From NCBI GenBank assembly GCA_964007735.1, contig CAXGAI010000011.1, positions 1-64,000 of the forward strand: 64,000 bases of DNA. Reading direction: 5' to 3'. The notes under the pieces were generated by a model, which worked only from the letters and a program-made list of their open reading frames with translations, had not been told where the DNA came from and did no database searches. This DNA comes from an uncultured Rhodopirellula sp. (GTDB taxonomy: Bacteria > Planctomycetota > Planctomycetia > Pirellulales > Pirellulaceae). Shown here in pieces: positions 1-10,909 of the stretch. The position numbers and the translations under genes are program-made. Each line of letters starts with the position of its first letter. The first letter of the stretch is position 1.

Positions 1-709
1 GCAACCGATTATGTAACCTCGCTCCGACCAATGACGGGTCGCCCGCTGCAAATGCAGCAAGCATCGGGGCAATCCCCTCTGTGTCGTCAAATCCATATTC
101 TGCCAAACGACTGAATACAGCTGGTGTCGAGAGTCCCTGTTCGGGCTTGACCAACACAACTGGTAAACTCTGCCCACTCGAAACCGGCATGACGATTTCA
201 CCACGTCCCTGACAGCGAGCCGGCCGGCGATAAAGAAAGAAAGGCACGTCGCTACCAGTCTGGACAGCAATGTCGAACAATTGATCAAACGACAACAAGT
301 TGTCGAGCAATTGATTTGCTGCGACTAAAGCTGCTGCCGCATCACTGGATGCTCCCCCTAATCCTGCCGCCATAGGAATCCGTTTGACAAGCTTAACACA
401 TATTCCAGGACGATCTTGACGCAACTGCTGCACAACATCCTGAAACATCGAGAGAATATGATAAACCAGATTCTCTTCCGGCGATGGTAGCTCGGGTTGC
501 GATTGCAATCCCAATGCCCAACTTGTGGAAAGATGGATATCCGAGTCCTCCGCCAGAGCGAGAGTCAACCTATCAAAGAGAGCAACGGGTACCATCAACA
601 TGTCGAGTTCGTGGAACCCGTCACTACGTTTACCTGTAACCTCAAGGAATAGGTTAATCTTGGCCGGAGCCAAGACCTCTAAATTCGGGCCATCCTGCCT
701 GACAAACAT
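1..709 (-). CDS. ispE: 4-diphosphocytidyl-2-C-methyl-D-erythritol kinase (GHMP family), 3' end off window
   Basis: Not in ORF track. Manual translation from ATG 709 gives MFVRQDGPNLEVLAPAKINLFLEVTGKRSDGFHELD and the GHMP ATP loop KRIPMAAGLGGASSDAAAAL. Confidence 0.93.
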   Translation of the reverse strand, partial: MFVRQDGPNLEVLAPAKINLFLEVTGKRSDGFHELDMLMVPVALFDRLTLALAEDSDIHLSTSWALGLQSQPELPSPEENLVYHILSMFQDVVQQLRQDRPGICVKLVKRIPMAAGLGGASSDAAAALVAANQLLDNLLSFDQLFDIAVQTGSDVPFFLYRRPARCQGRGEIVMPVSSGQSLPVVLVKPEQGLSTPAVFSRLAEYGFDDTEGIAPMLAAFAAGDPSLVGARLHNRL

Positions 710-932
710 GACGCGTCAACTTTATTTAAAGAAACAACACCTTGGGTCTTTATCCCCAATAAGGTGAAGCCAATCAACTGCGAAATTAAAGGTTTAACCG
801 CAACTACTGACATACTAAAATTGTATCGCTCACCTCTAACTCGTCAAAAAAATTATCCCCTACCTATCAATTAATGCCGATGAATGAATAGTACAATTGG
901 TCGAAACCCCTTAAAAAAGAGGGGTATTAACA

Positions 933-1961
933 ATGCTAATGCTAGCAAAAAAACTCACCGCAAAACTGTCAACTAAGAGCCCAAGCGTGCCAAAGCAGGA
1001 ACATCTGGTCAAAATCCGAACTCCTCTGGATTTCACCATGAATCTACTCAAAGGAGTATTCATGGGGATCGCTGATGTCGTTCCCGGAGTCTCGGGCGGA
1101 ACCATCGCATTGGTCATGGGCATCTACGACCAACTCATTACAACAATCACTCGAGTTGACATGGAACTCTTAACATTGGTGCGCAAGCGTCAAATCTCCA
1201 ATGCTGCTCATCACCTAAATCTGCTGTTTATCCTTTCACTTGGACCTGGGGTGCTCGCAGGTATTCTCCTAATGTCGTTGCTTGCCTCTTCTTTACTGGA
1301 AGGCGAGACAAGCAGCCAATTTACTTTTGCAGCCTTCTTTGGAATGATTACCGCCTCCGCCTATCTGGTTCTCGAGATGATCGAAGCTAAGTCTGTGAAA
1401 GCAAAAATCGTTGCGTTCACCTTGATCATTCTTGGATTAGTGGGAGCGCTAGCTATTAATCAACTGCAGGTCGGCGAAATAACCAAAGCGGCCACGGCGC
1501 CGTCTCAACTTTCTATCTTTATCTGCGCTGCCATTGCCATAAGTGCCATGATCTTGCCTGGAATCAGCGGCTCTCTAATTTTGATGATTCTGGGAATCTA
1601 TCACCATATTGTCAGGCTCCCCAAGAATCTATTCGACGCCGACGAGCGGGTATCAGCCATCATCGAACTCGGAATTTTTGCCTGCGGCGCCTTGGTGGGA
1701 CTGATCCTCTTTAGTCGCGTCTTAAAGTGGTTGTTAACTCACTATCGGCATCAATTGCTGGCAACACTTACAGGTGTAATGCTTGGTGCCCTTCCAACCC
1801 TGTTTAAAGCAGCATTTGAGAAAAAAACTTGGGCCGATACCTCAGGGTCAGGACGGATCGAACTCGCGGGAGCGGTCATCGCAGCAGCTGTGATCATGAT
1901 GGTAATCACACGGAAAGCTGAAGACCTCACTAAAGGCACATCGGCCGAGTCAAACCAATAA
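933..1961 (+). CDS. DUF368 family membrane protein (undecaprenyl-phosphate translocase family); start may be downstream
   Basis: Duplicated signature MGIADVVPGVSGGTIAL and AMILPGISGSLILMILG; many hydrophobic helices. Confidence 0.9.
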   Translation: MLMLAKKLTAKLSTKSPSVPKQEHLVKIRTPLDFTMNLLKGVFMGIADVVPGVSGGTIALVMGIYDQLITTITRVDMELLTLVRKRQISNAAHHLNLLFILSLGPGVLAGILLMSLLASSLLEGETSSQFTFAAFFGMITASAYLVLEMIEAKSVKAKIVAFTLIILGLVGALAINQLQVGEITKAATAPSQLSIFICAAIAISAMILPGISGSLILMILGIYHHIVRLPKNLFDADERVSAIIELGIFACGALVGLILFSRVLKWLLTHYRHQLLATLTGVMLGALPTLFKAAFEKKTWADTSGSGRIELAGAVIAAAVIMMVITRKAEDLTKGTSAESNQ

Positions 1962-1992
1962 AAAAGGCCATTCCAATCAGGAACAGCCTTTT
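1960..1992 (-). terminator. Intrinsic terminator for rpsU, possibly bidirectional
   Basis: Minus strand GGCTGTTCC-tgatt-GGAATGGCC followed by T6, between convergent genes. Confidence 0.7.
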
Positions 1993-2019
1993 ATCTATAT
2001 CAACAACAATGCTGAAAAC

Positions 2020-2208
2020 TTAGCCTAGCCGAGATTTTTGAGCTCGGCGTTCAGCCCGCAGTCGAGCCCGTCGTTTAATATCACTTGGCTTTTCGTAGAA
2101 CTTACGGCGACGCATCTCTTTCTTGAGACCACTTCGCATTACCAACTTACCAAAACGACGTACAGCTTCCTGAATCGTCTCTTTGTCGCGAACGATTACT
2201 TTGACCAC
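2020..2208 (-). CDS. rpsU: 30S ribosomal protein S21
   Basis: 62 aa, basic; [10 protein letters not shown]...[12 protein letters not shown] motif. Confidence 0.95.
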   Translation of the reverse strand: MVKVIVRDKETIQEAVRRFGKLVMRSGLKKEMRRRKFYEKPSDIKRRARLRAERRAQKSRLG

Positions 2209-2343
2209 GGTTTTCGTGCCTACCTTTCAACATCAATTAAATTGCATCGATTACAGCGAGCATTAACACCCGCTCTGTAAACTCAAATTCTACACCGAGG
2301 GTCTGCCTCTTCGCCACCCCCAATTTAACTCATTTTATGCCTG

Positions 2344-3639
2344 TTATTCTTCGGCTGCTAAGCTCGCACAGACCAGATATTTATCACTTCGGGCAAAGAC
2401 ATGCTTGTTGGCATAGGCAGGGTGACTCCAACAGACGCCATTACGTTGACGTAACTGGTCTTCTGTCGGATCAATCAATTTAGCTCTACTAATCTCAGTC
2501 AAACCTTTCGGCGACAGTCTACCAATGATCAGCTCGCCTCGTTCGTTAAACATCCAAACATTTTTACCATTTTTAACAAAGTGGATGGTACTCCAGCGAG
2601 CTCGTGGTGTAGCTGTCTGATCTTCCCAAACCCGCGATCCATCTTTGAGGTCCAGACACCGCAGTTCACCATAGCTATCGACTCCGTAAACATGACCACC
2701 GAGGATAATCGGAGTACTAATAATTGAGTGAATGCCTTCCGTATGACGTTCATCTTCCCCTGTCTTCTGCCATCGTTTTTTAATGGCCAATGCATCCTGA
2801 TTTAGATCGATTAGCATGCATCCATCATAAAAACTGGTCAGGAACAACTGGTTACCGGATTTGACTGGCGTTGCTACACCAATCGGCATACGGCTTGGCG
2901 GCCACAAATGCTGCCAATGGACTTCCCCTGTTTTCGGAGATAGGCCGGCCACAGAATCACCTGTCCAAACAACAACGACCTGCTTACCAGCCTGTTCAAT
3001 CAGTAAAGGCGAGGCATAACAGGCCCGTTCTTTGAGGGCCGTCCAGCGTTCCTTACCACTCTCAATATCAAACCCGGCAATCGTTGCCTCTTTGCCTCCA
3101 AGTTGCACAATCACAATGTCATCCACGATTAACGGAGAACCGGCAATCCCCCAGATTGGCATTTGAATCTCGTATTCAATATTCAAGTCATGTTGCCACA
3201 ACACTTTACCCGTTTCGGCTTCGAAACAATGGAAATGCCCCATCGCCCCCAAAGCATACGCTTTCCCATCAATTACCGTAACTGCAGCGCGAGGCCCCGC
3301 GGTATAGCCAATTTTGTAGGCACACTCATAGGTGTATTCCCAAACGGTTTCGCCCGTTTGCTCGTTAAAACACAAAACACGTTCGATCTGAACAGGTTCT
3401 GCTATTCGGTCTGTGAGAAATACCAATCCACCAGCCACTGTCGGAGCACTATAGCCAGAACCTACAGGTACTCGCCATTTCAGTGGAATCTCATCTGATT
3501 TAAATTTTGAAATAATCCCTGTCTCGTGCCAAACCCCGTCTCGAGTTGGACCTCTCCATTGCGGCCAATCTTCCGCCATCGACAAATTGACATGAAAAAC
3601 ACCAACTAGCAGAACAATTAAGAAACGAACAGACTGCAT
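2344..3639 (-). CDS. Secreted PQQ-like beta-propeller repeat protein
   Basis: Signal peptide, then DWPQWRGP; repeated xxGxxxW propeller motifs; C-terminal WSHPAYAN...ARS. Confidence 0.85.
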   Translation of the reverse strand: MQSVRFLIVLLVGVFHVNLSMAEDWPQWRGPTRDGVWHETGIISKFKSDEIPLKWRVPVGSGYSAPTVAGGLVFLTDRIAEPVQIERVLCFNEQTGETVWEYTYECAYKIGYTAGPRAAVTVIDGKAYALGAMGHFHCFEAETGKVLWQHDLNIEYEIQMPIWGIAGSPLIVDDIVIVQLGGKEATIAGFDIESGKERWTALKERACYASPLLIEQAGKQVVVVWTGDSVAGLSPKTGEVHWQHLWPPSRMPIGVATPVKSGNQLFLTSFYDGCMLIDLNQDALAIKKRWQKTGEDERHTEGIHSIISTPIILGGHVYGVDSYGELRCLDLKDGSRVWEDQTATPRARWSTIHFVKNGKNVWMFNERGELIIGRLSPKGLTEISRAKLIDPTEDQLRQRNGVCWSHPAYANKHVFARSDKYLVCASLAAEE

Positions 3640-3889
3640 GACAATTACCTAGTGAAACGAATAAAGAGTTCATAAAGCCAATAAACTATACTGCCCTCCT
3701 TCAGAGCAGGAAAGACATTGTACCAGATTAACTCTAAAGCTCATCTCTCAGGTCTTTCCTCTTCCTTGCTTTTCTCTACAGAACCATTCAAATTCGCGGT
3801 GGTTCATATTGGAGCAATTGACCAATTTCGCTAGATTATTCTTCAGCTTGAACTTCCTATCTTTAAAAGAGCAAAGGATTCCGCAAAGG

Positions 3890-4948
3890 ATGACAAGGCA
3901 AGAAATAACGCTGGGACAAATCGGGGAAATACTGTCGGCAAAACTCGACGGCGATCCCGACTTTGTCATTGCCGATGTGGGGCCCATTCGGGAATGCAAA
4001 TCAGATTGGCTTACATTTGTCAGTGACGAAACACATTTCCGGGAATTCGAGGACTCAGACGTTCAAGCTGCCATTGTCAGTCAGGACCTACCTGAATCAG
4101 ACAAGATGACTATTCGAGTTGAAAATGCTGTTTCTGCTTTCGCTCAAACCGTTCGACTCTTCCGGAAAATGATGAAGCCGCCGACCAAAGGGATTCACCC
4201 GTCCGCTACGGTGAGCCCCACTGCAACACTCGGGAAGGACATCACCATTGCTGCCGGAGTTATTGTCGGGGACAACGTAACTGTAGGTGACGAGAGTTGC
4301 ATTCTCGAAAACAGTGTCGTCATGGATGGCACAACGATTGGCGATCAGGTCATTATCTTCCCAAATGTGACCATTTACGATAATACGCAAATCGGCAACC
4401 GCTGTATCTTACATGCTGGTTGTAAACTTGGGCCCTATGGCTTCGGGTACGACTCCTCATCAGGAAAACACCTGCTATCAAATCAACTTGGATTTGTTGT
4501 CCTTGAAGACGAAGTAGAAATAGGTGCTAACAGCTGTATCGACCGCGGAACATTCGGCAGCACTAGAATCGGCTATGGAACCAAGATCGATAATCTGGTT
4601 CAGATTGCACACAACTGCCAAATTGGGAAACACAATCTCATCTGTTCCCAGGTAGGTATTGCTGGAAGCTCAATCACCGGCGACTATGTCGTGATGGGTG
4701 GTCAGGTCGGAATTGCTGACCACGTAGTAGTTAGCCCTCAAACAATGATTGGCGCACAAAGCGGCGTTATTAGCGATGTTAAACAAGACAATTACTTTGG
4801 CACGCCAGCTCGCAATGCCGCCAAATTCATGCGAGAAACGGCAGCACTGGGTAAACTTCCTGATATGCTCAAACGCGTACGGGAGCTTGAAAAGCAGCTG
4901 AATGCCCTCACCGAATCATCCGATTCTACACAGCAGGATGCAGCCTAA
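3890..4948 (+). CDS. lpxD: UDP-3-O-(3-hydroxyacyl)glucosamine N-acyltransferase
   Basis: Hexapeptide repeats; [31 protein letters not shown] motifs. Start moved to the in-frame ATG at 3890. Confidence 0.95.
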   Translation: MTRQEITLGQIGEILSAKLDGDPDFVIADVGPIRECKSDWLTFVSDETHFREFEDSDVQAAIVSQDLPESDKMTIRVENAVSAFAQTVRLFRKMMKPPTKGIHPSATVSPTATLGKDITIAAGVIVGDNVTVGDESCILENSVVMDGTTIGDQVIIFPNVTIYDNTQIGNRCILHAGCKLGPYGFGYDSSSGKHLLSNQLGFVVLEDEVEIGANSCIDRGTFGSTRIGYGTKIDNLVQIAHNCQIGKHNLICSQVGIAGSSITGDYVVMGGQVGIADHVVVSPQTMIGAQSGVISDVKQDNYFGTPARNAAKFMRETAALGKLPDMLKRVRELEKQLNALTESSDSTQQDAA

Positions 4949-4950
4949 CC

Positions 4951-5871
4951 GTGAACAGTATCCCAGCATTAACATCAGAAGCCCCGTTAGACGCTGAAGC
5001 TGTTGGATTAATGGCCGGCTGGGGAGAATACCCTGTCATCGTAGCCCGCAGCCTCAAGAAACAGGGGTACCGTGTTATCGGGGTCGGAATTAAGGGACAT
5101 GTGGACCCGGAACTGGCGAAAGAGTGTGATGAATTCACGATGGGTCCGATTGGCAAAGTTGGTATGGCGATTCGTTTCTTCAAACAACACAATGTCCAAC
5201 ATATCACCTTCGCCGGCAAAATCCACAAGGTCAAGTTCTTTCGGAAATTTGCCTGGCTCGACTACATCCCGGACAGGGCCTCATTACGGATGTTCTACGA
5301 CTTTGTAATCACCAAGAAAAAAGACCGTAAAGACGACACCTTCCTATTGGCATTTGTAAATCTATTTGAGCGGCATGGAGTCTCAGTGCTTCCGGCCACC
5401 TATTTCGCCCCGGAGATACTCGTGAAGCTAGGCAACCTAACCGACTCCAAACTATCAAAATCGCAAGAACTCGACATTCAGTTTGGTTGGGGAATCGCCA
5501 AACAAATGGGGGGCCTAGATGTTGGACAAACGGTTGTTGTCAAAAACCAGGCTGTGCTCGCCGTGGAAGCCGTCGAAGGCACCGATCTCTGTATCCAACG
5601 AGCTGGCGAATTGTGTAAGCAAGGTGGCTTCACCGTTGTGAAAGTCGCCAAGCCACAACAAGACAGTCGGTTTGATGTCCCAGCTGTCGGGGTAGGCACG
5701 CTCGAAGCAATTAAAAAGGCCGGTGGTAATTGTCTGGCAATTGAAGCCGGACACACGATCATCATTAATGAAGCTGATGTCACGGAATATGCTCGCAAAA
5801 ATAAGATCACCGTCGTAGCCCTAAAAGACGGACAGGTATCGGCTGAAGATAACCAACGGGATGCCGCTTAA
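4951..5871 (+). CDS. lpxI: UDP-2,3-diacylglucosamine diphosphatase LpxI (DUF1009)
   Basis: GLMAGWGEYP, DVGQTVVV, AVEAVEGTD, KPQQDSRFDVPAVG motifs; directly follows lpxD. Confidence 0.92.
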   Translation: MNSIPALTSEAPLDAEAVGLMAGWGEYPVIVARSLKKQGYRVIGVGIKGHVDPELAKECDEFTMGPIGKVGMAIRFFKQHNVQHITFAGKIHKVKFFRKFAWLDYIPDRASLRMFYDFVITKKKDRKDDTFLLAFVNLFERHGVSVLPATYFAPEILVKLGNLTDSKLSKSQELDIQFGWGIAKQMGGLDVGQTVVVKNQAVLAVEAVEGTDLCIQRAGELCKQGGFTVVKVAKPQQDSRFDVPAVGVGTLEAIKKAGGNCLAIEAGHTIIINEADVTEYARKNKITVVALKDGQVSAEDNQRDAA

Positions 5872-5902
5872 ACCGAGACCGCTAAACTTTCATTGAAGCT
5901 AT

Positions 5903-6604
5903 TTAGCACAAATCGTCGAGAGTCACAATTCTAGACACTTCCGGCAATTCCATCGCCGCTATCCCGGCACCCGTTGAAGTCCGATCAATCCAAACACCTT
6001 GCCAACCTGCCTCTAATGCTGGTTGGATATCGTTATCTAACCGATCACCGATCAACACAATTTGCTTCGCCGGTACGGCAAGCCGCTGAGTGATACCGTG
6101 GCAAAAGCCTCTAGCCGGCTTATTCCAGCCTAAATGAGCCGAATGAAAGACGTACTGCACCTGACTCAGAACCGAATCACGCTGAACGATCCCTTCCAAG
6201 CGACTATCAAAATTAGAGGCGATGCCAAGTTGGAATCCACGGCTCGACAACCGCTTAAAACAGTCCTTGACGTCATCGTAAACGCGCCATGCTTGACTGG
6301 AAGCAAAATGATCCCATAGTTCCTGAAAGAGTTCTCCGCCCGCTGCTTTAAAGTCAGGAAACGTACCTTCGACGACTTTTACCCATGCAGCAAGCGTCGA
6401 TTCTTCGGTGACAGGTATCCGAGAATTCTCCGCACTAAAGACTTGGGAGAATACCTGTTTAAAGCGACTTAACACTTGCTCTTGCTCCAAATCGTCGATG
6501 TAACGGCTGCCAATATCGACATAGGCTTGAGCGATATCTGGCTGAGGAAACATTACCGTCCCCACAGCATCGAACAATACTATTTTAATGTCATCAGCTA
6601 TCAT
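5903..6604 (-). CDS. HAD-superfamily hydrolase
   Basis: FDAVGT, ASNFD, KP and IGDRLDND motifs. Confidence 0.88.
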   Translation of the reverse strand: MIADDIKIVLFDAVGTVMFPQPDIAQAYVDIGSRYIDDLEQEQVLSRFKQVFSQVFSAENSRIPVTEESTLAAWVKVVEGTFPDFKAAGGELFQELWDHFASSQAWRVYDDVKDCFKRLSSRGFQLGIASNFDSRLEGIVQRDSVLSQVQYVFHSAHLGWNKPARGFCHGITQRLAVPAKQIVLIGDRLDNDIQPALEAGWQGVWIDRTSTGAGIAAMELPEVSRIVTLDDLC

Positions 6605-6639
6605 TTCCGACTCGGTGGAAACCTATAACACAGATGTTT

Positions 6640-8724
6640 CTATAAAAATATTCTAATGATATCGTTAAACACGACAAACAGCATGAAGCCCAGCAACAGG
6701 AACATGAACATCACCGATAAGGTTCCCTGTATGCGTTCACTGACCGGCTTACGTGTAATTAACTCAATGGTCAAAAACACAAAGTGTCCGCCGTCCAGCA
6801 CCGGAATCGGCAAAAAGTTCAGAATCGCGAGGTTGGCACTTAGCATTGTCAGGAACAAAAGTAAGCGAGTCACACTTTGGGATGCTTCATCTTTCGCGAC
6901 CTTGATAATCATGACGGGCCCACCAAGATCCCGCACGGAAGCCGTCCCGTCAGCAATCCAACCAAGGGTTTGCCCCACGTTTTGCAGATCCTGCTTCGTT
7001 CGAATCCACCCTTGAGACACTGCTTCTCCCAAACCGTCAACCTGATGAACACGCATTAAAGGATTAAATGCAACTCCGCGGGAGGGCTGGAAATACCCCT
7101 CCACCGCTACCCACTCAGGTACTATCTCGACCAGTTCACTCAAACCTTCTCGTTCAAAGATCAATTTTGTTCTAAACGTTGTTTGAGCCGACTGCGAACT
7201 GCTATGAACGTAAAACCAAGTCCAGTACTGCGACATACTTTCAACGGGTAGCAATTCACTATCAATATTCTCGCCGGGGGCCGACTCTGCCCGCTGGACA
7301 TACTGAGTTGCGACTAATTCGTCACCAACTTTAACCTCAGGTACTGAGGAGGCGGTCACAAGATGGCTGGTACTATAAGCCAGTCCCAGCGAAGTCAGAC
7401 ATCCCACAGCGTTTGGAACACGAGCCAAATGAGTCACACCGCTTTCAAAATCTGGAACCGTAATGTCCACCAGCGATGCTTCCGCTTCCGAACCACGTCG
7501 CACACTAAAATTCACTGCCTGCCCATCAAAGGCGTCTAGATACTGTGGCAATTGGATTGCGCCAACGGTGTCAAGCTTGACACCATTTACCTTTTCAATC
7601 ACGTCACCTAGCTGGAAGCCCAGTTCAACTGCTTTGCTTCCTTCCTGAAAGGAAGTAATCGGCCCGATTCCTAAAACAAAGCCCGGACCATTCATCTTCA
7701 TCGGCGGTATGGTCAGAACGACCTCCGATCCTGTTCTTAGCACTTTGACTTTTATCGACTTTCCGGGATTTTTAGCGAAAGCCTCCCGAACTTCCCATCC
7801 TAACCGTTGTCGCTTCTCTTTCGGCCCATAACCATCAAATGAAATGGCAATGCCTTCCACCTCGATAACCTCGTCACCTGGCATTAGTACTGATTCAACC
7901 TCTTCTCCTTTCGAGTCGACAGAGGTTGTTGTGTCGGCAACCGTGCTGTTCGTTGCACTCAGTATGCCCACAGCCCGCTGTTTGCCATCATTACTCATCT
8001 GCACCGGAAGAACGTGACTGGTCCGCTTTTGACCCTGACGATCAACGACTCGAAACGGGACTGCTTTAGAACCTTCCATACCGGCACCAAACACCGCATA
8101 TCTCAAGTCCCACGTATAGCGATAGAAGAAACTGTCTTCGTCATCATCACTGAAACCAACAAGGTCATAACCTGATTTCCACCCTGCTTTCCATGCCGGC
8201 GATCCATAAGTTATGCCTCCCACCGCGGCGGGCTGAATCGGTGTTCCAATCTTGTAGGCAACCGCGGCCATTAGTATCCCGAAAATGAGGTTCATAATCA
8301 CCCCGGCAGAAATGATCGCCATACGTTGAGGAACGTTTTTGGCTGGATAACTCCGGGGATTCAAGACTTCTTCGCCGTCTTCATTTACGGTGCGAATCCG
8401 GGAAGCTTCTTCTTCGGCCTGATTCGGATTATCATCCTGCCCCAGCATTTTGACGTAACCACCAAGTGGAATCGTTCCGATACCATATTCTGTTTCTCCC
8501 CACTGGACCTTAAAAATAGCTCCTGGCAATCTGAGGGGCCCAATTCTTATAGGCACGTCAAAACCAACGTAAAATTTGTCGCACTGTACACCACAGGCTT
8601 TAGCAACTAGAAAGTGGCCAAGCTCATGAACAAAAATGACAAAGCCAAGTCCAATCAGAACTTTGCCAATGTTCCATGCACCTTCCAAGAACCCGTCAAA
8701 CGACGCGGCAATTAAGGTTTCCAA
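6640..8724 (-). CDS. rseP: RIP metalloprotease RseP (M50 site-2 protease with PDZ-like domains)
   Basis: HELGH zinc motif, IPLGGYVKM, NFLPIPVLDGGH; start overlaps the dxr stop. Confidence 0.92.
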   Translation of the reverse strand: METLIAASFDGFLEGAWNIGKVLIGLGFVIFVHELGHFLVAKACGVQCDKFYVGFDVPIRIGPLRLPGAIFKVQWGETEYGIGTIPLGGYVKMLGQDDNPNQAEEEASRIRTVNEDGEEVLNPRSYPAKNVPQRMAIISAGVIMNLIFGILMAAVAYKIGTPIQPAAVGGITYGSPAWKAGWKSGYDLVGFSDDDEDSFFYRYTWDLRYAVFGAGMEGSKAVPFRVVDRQGQKRTSHVLPVQMSNDGKQRAVGILSATNSTVADTTTSVDSKGEEVESVLMPGDEVIEVEGIAISFDGYGPKEKRQRLGWEVREAFAKNPGKSIKVKVLRTGSEVVLTIPPMKMNGPGFVLGIGPITSFQEGSKAVELGFQLGDVIEKVNGVKLDTVGAIQLPQYLDAFDGQAVNFSVRRGSEAEASLVDITVPDFESGVTHLARVPNAVGCLTSLGLAYSTSHLVTASSVPEVKVGDELVATQYVQRAESAPGENIDSELLPVESMSQYWTWFYVHSSSQSAQTTFRTKLIFEREGLSELVEIVPEWVAVEGYFQPSRGVAFNPLMRVHQVDGLGEAVSQGWIRTKQDLQNVGQTLGWIADGTASVRDLGGPVMIIKVAKDEASQSVTRLLLFLTMLSANLAILNFLPIPVLDGGHFVFLTIELITRKPVSERIQGTLSVMFMFLLLGFMLFVVFNDIIRIFL

Positions 8725-9869
8725 CGTAATATCTCCTCTCGAGCCCAGCGATCAAGTTCTATAACTCGCTCTAAATCCGGGTTCGGGTCGTAGTCATGAT
8801 GATTTAATACGTCACGGCAAGCCGAAACGATCTGAGTGAATTCTAACCGCCCATGCAGAAAACCGGCAACCGCTGATTCGTTAGCAGCATTTAATACCGC
8901 CCCACAAGTTCCACCACGTTCAGCTACTTCACGCCCCAGCAACAAAGCCGGAAATCGCTCATAATCGGGTGGAATAAAATCGCATTTGAATGTTTTTGAT
9001 AAATCCAGTTTCGCAGCCGGCCCTTCCCAACGCTGCGGATAGGACAACGCATATTGGATGGGAAGCTTCATATCTGGAGGGCTCATTTGAGCCAGCACAC
9101 TGCCATCACAAAATTCGACCATCGAATGCACGATCGATTGCGGATGAACGACAACATCAATCTTGTCGATTGATAACCCGAACAACCAGCGAGCCTCAAT
9201 AATTTCCAACGCTTTGTTCATCATGGTCGCCGAATCAACAGTGATCTTAGGTCCCATATCCCAAGTGGGGTGAGCCAAAGCTTCTTGAACAGTGACGTTT
9301 TCCAACTGCTCAAGCGTATGATTTCTAAAGGGGCCACCACTAGCCGTCAAAACTACTCTGGCAATTTCTGTTTCTCGACCTGCACACATCGCTTGAAAAA
9401 TTGCACTGTGTTCGCTGTCTACCGGAAGAATTGATACACCGCAATCACTAGCCAATTGCATGACCAATGGCCCGGCTGTAACCAGTGTTTCTTTGTTGGC
9501 CAAGGCAATCGTTTTTCCGGCTTCAATCGCAGCCCATGTACCTCGTAGCCCGGCACTTCCAACGATCGCAGAAACGACGATATCAACATCGTCTCGTGTT
9601 ACTAACTCAACAATGCCTTCCTGCCCCGACAATACCTTTGTCCGGCTGAAATCTGACAATTGTAGATTATTTATCTGTGATTGATCTGAAACAACAACGA
9701 CAGCCGGTTCAAATTCAGCTGTCTGCTGAGCAAGCAGTTCCAAATTGGAGTGGCCCGTAATCCCAACCACACGAAATCGCTCGGCACATGCCTGCACAAC
9801 CTCCAGCGTGCTACGACCGATACTACCGGTCGAACCGAGAATTGCGATATTTTTTAAGCCTGAATTCAT
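8712..9869 (-). CDS. dxr: 1-deoxy-D-xylulose-5-phosphate reductoisomerase
   Basis: GSTGSIG, LANKETLV, LPVDSEHSAIFQ, HPTWDMGPKITVDSATMMNK. Confidence 0.97.
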   Translation of the reverse strand: MNSGLKNIAILGSTGSIGRSTLEVVQACAERFRVVGITGHSNLELLAQQTAEFEPAVVVVSDQSQINNLQLSDFSRTKVLSGQEGIVELVTRDDVDIVVSAIVGSAGLRGTWAAIEAGKTIALANKETLVTAGPLVMQLASDCGVSILPVDSEHSAIFQAMCAGRETEIARVVLTASGGPFRNHTLEQLENVTVQEALAHPTWDMGPKITVDSATMMNKALEIIEARWLFGLSIDKIDVVVHPQSIVHSMVEFCDGSVLAQMSPPDMKLPIQYALSYPQRWEGPAAKLDLSKTFKCDFIPPDYERFPALLLGREVAERGGTCGAVLNAANESAVAGFLHGRLEFTQIVSACRDVLNHHDYDPNPDLERVIELDRWAREEILRWKP

Positions 9870-9961
9870 TCTTTACCGAACAATAAGCCGTCGGGGAAAT
9901 AACCATTCTAGGAAGGGCGGGATGTTGCCGCAATACAATAGAAAAGAAGACCAAGTTAGCA

Positions 9962-10909
9962 TCAATTGGTGGAATGCCCTGCAAACTCTGCGATTGTAGG
10001 CAAGGAAGTTTGGGCACCTCGACGCGTGACGCTCAAGCTGGCCGCCTGCACCGCTAACGACACCGACTCCGAAAACACCGTACCTGAAGCTAATTGAACT
10101 GCTAAGACCCCATTAAAACAATCGCCGGCAGCGGTCGTATCCACAGCCTCTGCCTGGGGCGCCGCGACCTCGAAAAACTGACCGTCGCCATCAACAACAA
10201 CAACTCCATCAGACCCCCTCGTAATAACCACTCTCGCAATTCCAAATTTACGGATGATTACCCGGGCAGCTTCCACGGCTGATGCAACATCCTGAATCTC
10301 AATTCCTGATAACTGGCTAGCTTCATGCTCATTAGGGGTAAGGATATCCACATGATTCATAACCCCATGTTCAGCTAATCCAGGTACAACAGGAGCTGGA
10401 TTGAGGATAATCGTTGCTCCGCCTGCTTTACTTCGCTTGACTGCCGCATTAATCGTATCGAGTGGAACTTCCATGGAAACCAACAGGACTGCTACGTTCT
10501 CAAAATGCTCATCTGCTAGGCCTTCTACATCGGTAACGGATAACGCTGCATTCGCCCCGGGGGCAACACAGATCATGTTTTCGGCCTGCTGATCTACAAG
10601 AATAGCGGCAACACCTGTGGCGAACCCCTTTTTTTCAACAATTAAAGACGCATTCAGATAAGGTTCATTCTGATAATCCTGAACAACACTACGCCCGAAA
10701 TCGTCATCGCCTACGGCCGCCAAAAATACAACATCCGGCGAATCTGAACTCCCCCCTCGAGCTGATGCGACAGCCTGATTTGCCCCTTTCCCTCCATTAA
10801 CTCGCGAAAACCTTCCTCCCAGAACAGTCTCTCCCGGCGAAGGTAACGTGTCTGTTTCAAGCACTAAATCGAGATTAATGGATCCGATAACCATTAGGCG
10901 ACTCATCAT
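9962..10909 (-). CDS. rbsK: Ribokinase (PfkB family)
   Basis: GSINLD, GGKGANQAVA, NPAP, PNEHEA, DTTAAGDCFNG. Confidence 0.9.
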   Translation of the reverse strand: MMSRLMVIGSINLDLVLETDTLPSPGETVLGGRFSRVNGGKGANQAVASARGGSSDSPDVVFLAAVGDDDFGRSVVQDYQNEPYLNASLIVEKKGFATGVAAILVDQQAENMICVAPGANAALSVTDVEGLADEHFENVAVLLVSMEVPLDTINAAVKRSKAGGATIILNPAPVVPGLAEHGVMNHVDILTPNEHEASQLSGIEIQDVASAVEAARVIIRKFGIARVVITRGSDGVVVVDGDGQFFEVAAPQAEAVDTTAAGDCFNGVLAVQLASGTVFSESVSLAVQAASLSVTRRGAQTSLPTIAEFAGHSTN

